This document shows, piece after piece, positions 1 through 8,247 of a DNA stretch of 64,000 bases. The position numbers were made by a program, and so were the translations under genes. The notes beneath the pieces are model-generated. The model was not told the origin of the DNA and made no database searches. It saw only the letters and a program-made list of their open reading frames with translations. How positions within the stretch are numbered: position 1 is the stretch's first letter; each line of letters opens with the position of its first letter. Source of the DNA: Candidatus Poribacteria bacterium (GTDB lineage Bacteria > Poribacteria > WGA-4E > PCPOR2b); assembly GCA_965218095.1 (NCBI GenBank), contig OZ244587.1, forward strand, positions 704,001 to 768,000, written 5' to 3'.

Positions 1-178
1 AGTATAACCTGTCAAAGGTTAGGTTTCAAGGTGGGAGAATGACAATTGTAGAGCCTATCCGATTCTCGGACGAGCACTGCGAACTGGTTGGTAGGATGGT
101 GGGAACAACTCCCGATTTCATCGAAGATTCTCGCAAAGCGAGACTGGCAGCATGCTCTACAGATTCGTCGATTCGTTG

Positions 179-1366
179 TTACGCAACCAGAAAATCTCCA
201 AGGACCTCCCTTCGGGCAGGATGACGGAGTCGATCCAATGCCCTCGCCTCAAGCTGTCGAACCCGCTCTCTGGAGAGATGTAGTTTCGTTCCAATCTTCT
301 GTAAGCTGTATTCCTCCCCATCTTCCAACCCATATCTCAGACAAACGATTTGCTTCTCGCGTAGCGGTAATGCGGCTAAGGCTGATTTTACCTCCTCCAC
401 CAGGCTCCGCCGTATTGTTTCCGTTAGAGGCTCAAGCGTCTGTTCACACGCGACCAAATCCCCAAGTTCGCCCCTCGTTTCCTGACTCATGTACGCCTCC
501 AACGATGTGGTATCGGCGACTAGTTGGTCTAATAGCAGAACGCGATCCACTGTGAGCCCCGCTGCATCGGCGATCTCTTCTGGGCTGGGTTCATAGTTCC
601 CCTGTTGATGAAGCCTTTCCTCCGCTCGACTTACCCTCCGAATCTCATTGAGGAGATAAGCTGGGAGACGAATCATTCGCCCATGATTCGCAATGCCACA
701 GCCAATTGCTTGCTGCATCCACCACGAAGCATACGCCCCAAATTTGACGCCGCGCTGCCAATCAAAGTGATCTACTGCGTGGAGGAGTCCGATGTTCGCT
801 TCCTGGATGAGATCTAGCAAATCTAGTCCACGACGCTGGTATTTTTTGGCGACGCAGACCGCCAATCTTAAATTCGCCTCGACAACGCGGTTCTTAGCAG
901 CGTGCATTTCTACACCCATGATCTTTATGTGCTGCGCGAGATCCAAAAGGTATGTTTCGGTAGAGGGTAGGAAGAGTTCAGCAGTAATTTTCTGATTCAA
1001 GATAGCAGTAGATGGCGGGTTTCCCAGGTCAATGTCGGTGAGATAAATTGACAATTCCTGATAAGCTGCATCAATTCGCACCCGACACTTTCCAATCTTG
1101 ATGAAAAGGTGCATTTCTTCTTCTTGAGTTAAACGTGGAATTTTTCCAATCTGGTGAAGGTAAGTCCTCAGTACGCTGTCTTCCTGATCTGAGTAGGAGG
1201 GTTCAAACGCTTCGACGCTATCGTTAGGGGCGTCTGGAAATTGGTCAGGCGACTCGTGCATTTCTATATCCGTTGGCGCAGAACGCAACTTCAGGACTGT
1301 CAAATCGTCAACGTGTGTTCCGGTAAAGTCTTTCATCCTTGTGATTTCATTTGTCTGCTGAACCAT
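179..1366 (-). CDS. RNA polymerase sigma factor, RpoD/RpoS (sigma70 group 1/2)-like
   Basis: Region 1.2 LRTYLHQIGKIPRLT, region 2 VEANLRLAVCVAKKY...DLIQEANIGL...YASWWMQQAI, region 4 LSRERVRQLEARAL. ATG at 1366 follows GGAAGGA; the ORF track starts at 1411. Confidence 0.92.
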   Translation of the reverse strand: MVQQTNEITRMKDFTGTHVDDLTVLKLRSAPTDIEMHESPDQFPDAPNDSVEAFEPSYSDQEDSVLRTYLHQIGKIPRLTQEEEMHLFIKIGKCRVRIDAAYQELSIYLTDIDLGNPPSTAILNQKITAELFLPSTETYLLDLAQHIKIMGVEMHAAKNRVVEANLRLAVCVAKKYQRRGLDLLDLIQEANIGLLHAVDHFDWQRGVKFGAYASWWMQQAIGCGIANHGRMIRLPAYLLNEIRRVSRAEERLHQQGNYEPSPEEIADAAGLTVDRVLLLDQLVADTTSLEAYMSQETRGELGDLVACEQTLEPLTETIRRSLVEEVKSALAALPLREKQIVCLRYGLEDGEEYSLQKIGTKLHLSRERVRQLEARALDRLRHPARREVLGDFLVA

Positions 1367-1434
1367 TCTTGTTTCCTTCCAAAACTTCAATCTTGGTCTC
1401 TTATGATACACTTTAATTGCCTCACTTCATCTGG

Positions 1435-1449
1435 GCAATATATATGCCA
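1435..1449 (-). promoter_or_regulatory. sigma54 (-24/-12) promoter upstream of the sigma70-family gene
   Basis: Minus strand reads TGGCAT-ATATA-TTGC with exact GG-N10-GC spacing, about 70 bp upstream of the ATG. Confidence 0.75.
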
Positions 1450-1639
1450 TATCACGAGAACGTGAAAAATTGGGAGGAAACGGGAAAGGGAAATCAGAAA
1501 ATAAAGCAACTGGAAAATGGGAAGGAAGGTCTTGGACTCTTGGTCTTTGACCGGAGGAAGAATGGAAGGAGAGGGGAAAAGGAAGGTGGACATTCGTTCC
1601 GGGGTTCGTCTGAGCCTTATGTTTCCCACATCACGCCAG

Positions 1640-1676
1640 CGTCACCTGAATGTGACAGTGTCACATGGAAATGACA
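1640..1676. promoter_or_regulatory. Tandem dyad sites, putative enhancer (UAS) for the adjacent activator
   Basis: cGTCA-N8-TGACA (1640-1657) and TGTCA-N8-TGACA (1659-1676), with a central perfect palindrome ATGTGACAgTGTCACAT, about 200 bp upstream of the sigma54 site. Confidence 0.55.
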
Positions 1677-1844
1677 GCAATAAAGAAAGTTCCTGCAACG
1701 CCTTGGAGAAACCTTTCAAAGGATTATTTCCCTCATTCTCTATAAGATAAACCGTCTTGAGTCAGTGATTGGTACACCCTCTACGGACATCGCATAGATG
1801 TTCTTGCTGCCACACTTTGCCTTTACTTCGGGGGGAGATAGGCT

Positions 1845-3281
1845 CTAAATCTGACTCAGGTCTCGCTGCAATCCCAGTTCATTAATCTTACGATGCAGCG
1901 ACTGGCGCCGAATACCGATCTGCTCTGCCGTGGCCTGAATGTTCCAGTGATTTTGCTTGAGTTTGTGTTCCAAGAAGATTCGTTCAAATCCCTGTGAGGC
2001 TTCCTTAATCGTTGTGGCGTCAAGTAAGCTGCGAAAATCTGTTTCCAGCAAATCACTATTGGCAACCGCCCCATCCGCCTTCGCACTTTCATCAAAGATT
2101 TCCGGGGCCAAATCACGTGTGGAGATCTGTTGACCTGTGCATGTGAGGACCGCATATTCGATTGCTTTTTCCAATTCCCGAACATTCCCTGGCCAATGAT
2201 ACCGCTCAAATGCAGAGAGCACCGCATCGTCAAAACCAAAGGTACGCTTCTGTTCGGGGGCGTGAGCATATTTGCGAAGGAAATGCCATGCCAACAACTC
2301 AATGTCTCCTTCGCGTTCACGCAAAGGCGGTAAAGCGATTATCGGCTTCAAACGATAATAGAGATCGCTGCGAAACTTTCCTGCCGCCACAGCTCCCCAA
2401 AGGTCACGATTGGTTGCAGCGATAATCCGAACGTCAACCTGTTGCACCTTCACCCCGACGCCCTGGATCTCTTTATAGTCCAGTACACGCAGCAATTTCG
2501 GCTGCATCTCCAGACTCAAGTCACCAATCTCATCAAGGAAAATGGTTCCGCCATGTGCCTGCTGAAATTTGCCCGGACGCTGGTCAACCGATGTTGCCAC
2601 CCGTCTCCCGATTCCGAATAGCTCTGCCTCAATTAATTCCGCTGGAATTGCGCTGCAATTAACGACCTCAAAGGGACCATCACAACGCGGGCTATGCTTA
2701 TGGATGGCGCGTGCGACAAAATCCTTTCCGGTGCCGCTTTCGCCGTAGAGTAAGACATCCGTTTCTGATCGCGCAACTCGCCCAACCGTTGTCATCACTT
2801 CAATCATGACAGGGCTTTTGCCGATAATTTCATAATCCCCCGCAGAACCTATATTGTCATCCTGAGAAAGGGACTCGTGGTTTTGTTGGCTCAACACCTC
2901 TTTGACGACTTCGATCAGATGGGTGTAGTTAATCGGCTTGCTGGTATAGTCATAAATCCCTAATCCACTTGCCTCAAGCGCAGTTTCCGAAGAACTGTTG
3001 GCAGTGATTACTATGGCTTGCGGTATGGGTTGTCTCTGCTTGCTCTGCTTAAGGACTTTTAGCCCGGCTTCTCTATCCAAAATGCCCTGCGCATCCGGCA
3101 TCCAGAGATCGACCAGAAGCAAATCATAAGGCGGATTTTCGTCTAACCGTGCGATTGCCGCATCCCGATTATAGGCAAAATCGACGGCAACATCAATCGA
3201 TGCCTCCATCTTGAGTTGCTTATCGATATATTTACAAGTCGCTTGTTCATCGTCTGCGATTAAAATTCGTGCGTGTTTCAT
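1845..3281 (-). CDS. NtrC-family sigma54-interacting response regulator (REC-AAA+-Fis HTH)
   Basis: REC (IADDE, LLLVDLWMP), Walker A GESGTGKD, GGTIFLDEIG, RIIAATNRDL, FRSDLYYRL, WPGNVRELE and a C-terminal HTH. GAFTGA is replaced by RVATSV. Confidence 0.95.
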   Translation of the reverse strand: MKHARILIADDEQATCKYIDKQLKMEASIDVAVDFAYNRDAAIARLDENPPYDLLLVDLWMPDAQGILDREAGLKVLKQSKQRQPIPQAIVITANSSSETALEASGLGIYDYTSKPINYTHLIEVVKEVLSQQNHESLSQDDNIGSAGDYEIIGKSPVMIEVMTTVGRVARSETDVLLYGESGTGKDFVARAIHKHSPRCDGPFEVVNCSAIPAELIEAELFGIGRRVATSVDQRPGKFQQAHGGTIFLDEIGDLSLEMQPKLLRVLDYKEIQGVGVKVQQVDVRIIAATNRDLWGAVAAGKFRSDLYYRLKPIIALPPLREREGDIELLAWHFLRKYAHAPEQKRTFGFDDAVLSAFERYHWPGNVRELEKAIEYAVLTCTGQQISTRDLAPEIFDESAKADGAVANSDLLETDFRSLLDATTIKEASQGFERIFLEHKLKQNHWNIQATAEQIGIRRQSLHRKINELGLQRDLSQI

Positions 3282-3294
3282 GGTTCGTATCCGT

Positions 3295-3325
3295 TAATGC
3301 GTAATGCGTAAAATGTATTGCGTAA
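3295..3325 (+). repeat. Degenerate heptamer tandem repeat (TAATGCG/TAAAACG family)
   Basis: taatgcg taatgcg taaaatg tattgcg taa; the same family recurs at many intergenic sites. Confidence 0.7.
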
Positions 3326-4075
3326 GAAAACGGCGGCGGCCAACGCGTCAATCAACTCAACGGTGTCGCATGCTCTACTCGCTGATCACAGGCGTGTTCA
3401 CCACTGTCGGAAATTTTGTACTTCTTGTAATAGACTCAATTGGGTGCGTTTCTGTGTAGCAAGATGTAATAGGGGTTAAAATCCCCTAACGATAACTTGC
3501 AATCGTTAGCCTCACCTTAACTGCGTTGCCTGAAAAGGCAAGGTGGAAAGCAAAGGGAAACAGCAAATGCCCGCGAGGGAATGTAGACCTTCAGAAGGCA
3601 TGTCAGGCTAGGAACGTCATGGCTAAAACGAAAGTTGAACTGATGTAAGCCTCGTTACTACAGAACAGGTGAATCTACGAGAGGGAAACTGAAGAAGTCC
3701 ATAACTACAGCCTGTAGACAAAAGTCAAAGTGGCAAGTGCAACGTCTCCGATTTACGTTGCCAATGGAAAGTGTCTAGATAATACACTCTTTAGCAAGTC
3801 GAATGCCATCGGGGTATAGTCAGAGCCTAAAACGCTCACGACGTACATCTTGTGAGAACAGGAAAGTCCCTAAGTTCCTGTCTCAGGAATAAGGGAAAGG
3901 AGATTCAATAGGCTTATTATTAAGCCAAGCCGAATCAGAGTCATGGTTTTGAAAGGATTCTGAAATAGGTTTACCGCTACGGAGATAATCAGGATAAAAC
4001 CTGTCCACCGAGCGGATTAGATATTATCTAATAACCTAAAGGAATCCCGACAAAGCGGTTGCAAGTGGTAATATA

Positions 4076-4999
4076 ACCCAAGTTGCGACCTATTCATCGA
4101 ATATGTGAGTGAACTCAGAGCTGATTGATACTGCTAGCCAATACAAACAAGACCACTTTCAATTCAAATCCGTGTTGCGTTACTGCATGGATTGAACGTG
4201 GAAGCAGTTTGTTAATCAAACTGCCAGCCGTCTCAACAGACTTACGATGGTAATTAGCCAAGTAGGTCTCCCATGGTGGATACAGCCGCTTGGAATTCTT
4301 CTTGCGTACTAGCTTTAATTCGACTCCGACTGATGTAACAATATCTTCTATCTCATAATTATTGTATGCTTTGTCACCATAGCCCGGTGGCAAGTCGAAG
4401 TCAAACCACTGTAACCCTTCAACGTCCCCTGTACTGGCTGGGGTCACAAAAAATTCAACAGGGTGTCGACTCGCAGTCACTAGCAGATGAACTTTCAAGC
4501 CATAGAAATACCGACGTTTGGACGCTTGATAGCCTCGATATGCCTTATCGGTGTAGATTTTTGACCGACGAATGCGGAACAAACAGCAATTGGTATGGTA
4601 TCCAGTGCATAGATTTTCTGTTGATTAAGTTGCACATAGCTTCGTCCCAAGATTTTGAACAATGTGGTGAACATCGGTTTAATTCGATGAAGTCGTCGGT
4701 TGAATCGACTTTTTGAAAGCATCTTGGGTATATAGCCATGAGTCTTTAGAAAGTCACAAGTGGTTTGCAAGTTTGCCCCGAAGAACAACGCAGCGACGAT
4801 GCCGGTGGTCATCACTTCGGCATCAGACATCTGCGTTTGTGGGTGTGGTTTTGAGTTGAGTGCTTCTAAGAGCTTGTCACAGAGATAGAAAATGGTTACA
4901 ATTTGGATGTCCATGGGTTTCTCCTTTGAGGTATTATGGTTTGGATTACCTCTACTTTAACGGAAAACCCATGGATTTTCAATTACTAGCAACTTGGGT
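4076..4999 (-). mobile_element. IS982-family insertion sequence
   Basis: TIRs ACCCAAGTTGC (4076-4086) and GCAACTTGGGT (4989-4999); 7-bp TSD TAATATA at 4069-4075 and 5000-5006. Confidence 0.92.
4115..4914 (-). pseudogene. IS982 transposase, frameshifted
   Basis: Two overlapping ORFs (4495-4914 and 4115-4582) with MSDAEVMT, SRFNRRL, YFYGLKVHLL, GDKAY and RKSVET motifs. Confidence 0.9.
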
Positions 5000-5237
5000 T
5001 AATATAATAACCTGTAAAGGAAGTCTAAGGGCAACGCAACCTATCGCAACCTTAGAACCCTCAAACCTTCTACAGTTTAATCGCCACTTATGACTGGGCA
5101 AGCCGTATGCGGTGAAAGTCGCACGTACGGTTTAGATGGGGGGAAAAACCCGCAAGAGTTCTACCTATCCATACAAATAAACCTCAATTGAGTCTTGAAA
5201 ACCTGTCCAGTAATGGCTCGGTGCGTTGGATAGTGTT

Positions 5238-7199
5238 TTAATTCCAATAAAGTTCAACGAAAAACGTCGTTCCGACGTCAACCTCGCTCTCCACCTCCAC
5301 CGTCCCACCATGCCCTTCGACGATGTTCTTCACATTGACCAGGCCAAGTCCCAATCCACGCGGTTTCGTTGTATAAAAAGGTTCAAAGATTCGATTGAGT
5401 TCGCCCACCGGGATGCCCACCCCTGTGTCCTTGACGATGGCAGTGACTTTGTTCTGTAGAGATGTTGCATGTTGGGTCTCTACGGCGATTTCCAGCGTTC
5501 CGCCCGACGACATCGCTTGACAAGCATTTTTTATCAGGTTCGTAAAGACAATTCGCATTTTGTCAGCATCGAGGGGAAGCATCGGAATTTTCTCCGGAAG
5601 ATTCAGCCGGACTTGAATCTGATTTTCATCGATCTCCGGTTGTATCATCTCCAACGCAGATTTCAAAATGGGTTCGAGTGCTTGTCGTTGGAGGTTCAGG
5701 TGCGTGTCTTGGAAAAAACTGAGTTCATTTTCGATCATTTCGTCGAGTTTCGTCACCCAGCGGATGATCTCGTCCATTTCACCAACAATCTCTTCGGGTT
5801 GATCTCTCAGATTCAGGGAGTCCTGTTTTTGGAAATTAACCCGAATCATCTCCGCAGGGGCGCGAATCAGGTTGAGAACGTTTCGTAATTCATGCTGTAC
5901 CCGTGCGGACATCACGCCAAACACTGCTTCCTTTTCGGCTTTAACAAGTCCCTCTTGCGTTGTTTGCAACTGCCAGAGCAAATGCCGCAGCCGAAGGTTC
6001 GCCAGAAGTAAGCTACTGACCACGCCACTGAGGAGCAATGCCAGGCTGGATCCGGTGGCTTCAATCCAAAGGTCGAAGAAAACGAACATCCCGCCGAGGA
6101 AAAGGAAGTGGCATAGGATCAGCCCGCTTCCGAAGAGCAGCATGAATCGGTAGCCGTGTCCGCTCCGGTAGATTAAGATTGTTGCCGCGGTGGAAAGGAT
6201 GGCTAGGCAAGCGACATAGAGGAGATTTCCCCTCCGGCTAAGTTGCCAGACAAAATCTCGATTCAACAGGCTGTTGAGCAGATTTGCGCGTAGATCAAGC
6301 GCCGACAGTTCACCCAAGGGTGTCGCTCTCTTGTTGACCCCTGCCGTCGTGGCCGTCGTGATACCAATCAATACGCACTTATCGTTGAATTCTTGCAGAA
6401 ATTGGGCGGTTTCGGTATCTGCCATCGACAGGGCATCGACAAAGGAAATGTGCTGAAACACCGCCTCGTCGCCTGCAAACCGAATGAATAATTGCCCCTG
6501 TGAGTCAATAGGAATACGGACCACCTCTCCCGCCGGCGAGTTGAATTCGAGATATTTTCCACTCCAAAATCCTTCTTGCAATTTTATTGACGTGGGAGAG
6601 ACACCATAGGTTTGGCACAGGATTGACATTGCGAAGGAGTAGCGGTAGGTATTTGTGTCACGGTCTTTTACGACAAGCTGGGCGAAGCGGGAGATACCAT
6701 AGGAATGATTCAAAGGGAAGTGACTAAAACTCACCCCCTGTGCCTGTGTTAAGTTGTAGGGTAAGGTGCGCCAATCGGTGACTTCTGGCAGGGCATGACG
6801 GTCTATGGCGTGGACACCGGAATAGGGTTGGATGACGAACAGTTTTTCACCAGGAAGCGGTTGTTCATCCTCCCACTCGCGGTTGAACCACGCAACTAAA
6901 CCAATTGCCTTCGGGTTCACCCGTTGCAGGGAGTTTACCAGAGTGGCGTACATGTGAGGACGCCACGGCAACGGATCAAGGTTCTCCTCGCTTTTGGCAT
7001 CGATCGTAATCAGCGCAATCTGAGAGGATATTTGCGGAGAACGAGGCGCAGTCCATTGTAGCCGGCCATCTAGTGTCTTCAGCTCGATAAACTCGAAGAT
7101 ATCCAGATCGCGTAGAAACCCGACCACTACGAATGGCAGCAGGCTCACGATGCCGATCAGGAGATATACTTTCTGAGATTGCGCTTGTCTTGGGAGCAT
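5238..7199 (-). CDS. CHASE2-domain sensor histidine kinase
   Basis: N-terminal TM, CHASE2 motifs (IALITID, PWRP, DKCVLIG, TPLG, ANLLNSLL), 3 TMs, H-box QHELRN, N-box NLIKNA, DTGVGI, FEPFYTTK, GLGLGL. Confidence 0.92.
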   Translation of the reverse strand: MLPRQAQSQKVYLLIGIVSLLPFVVVGFLRDLDIFEFIELKTLDGRLQWTAPRSPQISSQIALITIDAKSEENLDPLPWRPHMYATLVNSLQRVNPKAIGLVAWFNREWEDEQPLPGEKLFVIQPYSGVHAIDRHALPEVTDWRTLPYNLTQAQGVSFSHFPLNHSYGISRFAQLVVKDRDTNTYRYSFAMSILCQTYGVSPTSIKLQEGFWSGKYLEFNSPAGEVVRIPIDSQGQLFIRFAGDEAVFQHISFVDALSMADTETAQFLQEFNDKCVLIGITTATTAGVNKRATPLGELSALDLRANLLNSLLNRDFVWQLSRRGNLLYVACLAILSTAATILIYRSGHGYRFMLLFGSGLILCHFLFLGGMFVFFDLWIEATGSSLALLLSGVVSSLLLANLRLRHLLWQLQTTQEGLVKAEKEAVFGVMSARVQHELRNVLNLIRAPAEMIRVNFQKQDSLNLRDQPEEIVGEMDEIIRWVTKLDEMIENELSFFQDTHLNLQRQALEPILKSALEMIQPEIDENQIQVRLNLPEKIPMLPLDADKMRIVFTNLIKNACQAMSSGGTLEIAVETQHATSLQNKVTAIVKDTGVGIPVGELNRIFEPFYTTKPRGLGLGLVNVKNIVEGHGGTVEVESEVDVGTTFFVELYWN

Positions 7200-7268
7200 A
7201 AGGTTTCGTGAGGCGTAAAATGCGTAATCTCCTCATTTGCTCATGGACTCATTTCCCCTGTTTTCCTC

Positions 7269-8147
7269 TCACTGCTGGCTTCCTTGATACCACGCTGTCG
7301 TAAAATTCTGTTGAGGCGATTGGATCAGAACGGAAATCCAGACTGTATCCTTCTCTTGCTTTTTATACATCAACTGTTGGTTTGCGGCGATTTGTTCCGC
7401 ATTACCGAAGGAGATGCCGCTGTCAAAAACGATCAACAGTTCCCTCTTTTCGTTTGCGACGAGATCGACATCAATCCCAACGTGGCGGAGGAGTTGGGCG
7501 TACAACAGCGGTACATTGGGAGTTTCCACCTCAATCGCGTTGAGTCTACGGTAGAGCTTTCGAGCGCGATCGAGATTGGGACTCGGATATGAACGGTTTA
7601 CAGGATTTTCTTGCGCGGGAGAAACGAGCGGACGAGGAATCGAAGAAACTATCTCGTCACGAAGCGAATCGAGTTGACTGCGAAGATCTTCCAGGTCACG
7701 TTGGTTCACCTTGATCGTGTGTATCTTGTCAAAAGCCGAAACGCGACTTTCCGTTTTCGGTTTATTACCAACTGGCAGCACATCAATTGCGGGGCTGTCC
7801 TCAAAATTCTCATTAATGCGCTTTCCCTTTTTTGCGTTTTTGCGTTCAAGCCCTTCGTCGATTAACGTACGGACAAGTATCTCACGTCCACCTGAGAGTG
7901 TTGGCAGGTCAGTATCATTAGCTATTTTAAGCCGAATCAACGAGAAAGGAGGCATGCGCACCAGATCACTTGCGGTTAATGCTGCGTCCTTTTCCAGAAA
8001 GTGCCATTCCCCCTCGCCAGTTTTTAGAATTTCAATCTTACCAAAGGTAAATGTTGCTGTTGCCTCTCCCGATTTGGCGTACAAGGGGCACGCCAGCATC
8101 ATACAGAGTAAACAGATCATAAAGATTAGGGTTTTGTGTGTCATCAT
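7269..8147 (-). CDS. Secreted protein: FecR-like N-terminal segment plus degenerate transglutaminase-like C-terminal domain
   Basis: Signal peptide; GKIEILKTGEGEWHFL...SDLVRM resembles the start of FecR; the C-terminus aligns by eye with that of 8248-10395. Confidence 0.6.
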   Translation of the reverse strand: MMTHKTLIFMICLLCMMLACPLYAKSGEATATFTFGKIEILKTGEGEWHFLEKDAALTASDLVRMPPFSLIRLKIANDTDLPTLSGGREILVRTLIDEGLERKNAKKGKRINENFEDSPAIDVLPVGNKPKTESRVSAFDKIHTIKVNQRDLEDLRSQLDSLRDEIVSSIPRPLVSPAQENPVNRSYPSPNLDRARKLYRRLNAIEVETPNVPLLYAQLLRHVGIDVDLVANEKRELLIVFDSGISFGNAEQIAANQQLMYKKQEKDTVWISVLIQSPQQNFTTAWYQGSQQ

Positions 8148-8162
8148 TGATTTTCCTCCTAG

Positions 8163-8200
8163 TGTGACGTATTGCCTATTGCGTAAAGCGTAAAACGTGA
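8163..8200 (+). repeat. Degenerate heptamer tandem repeat
   Basis: tattgcc tattgcg taaagcg taaaacg tgaa. Confidence 0.65.
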
Positions 8201-8247
8201 ATGAACTGATGAACGCTTTGTCTCCTCTTTTACCGTCTACCTATTGC

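Larger units (their letters stand above)
3444..5174 (+). mobile_element. Group II intron (IIB-like), ORF-less, interrupted by IS982
   Basis: 5' GTGCG at 3444. Domain V AGCCGTATGCGGTGAAAGTCGCACGTACGGTTT at 5101-5133. Domain VI has a bulged A at 5167 and an AC end at 5174. EBS1 CCGATT (3748-3753, in a hairpin loop) pairs with the 5' flank AATTGG. No RT ORF; 800 nt once the IS and one TSD copy are removed. Confidence 0.9.

Noticed and set aside
3426-5200. Rejoined palindrome ending in TTGAAAAC resembles a CRISPR repeat
   Set aside because: Single copy, no spacers and no cas genes.
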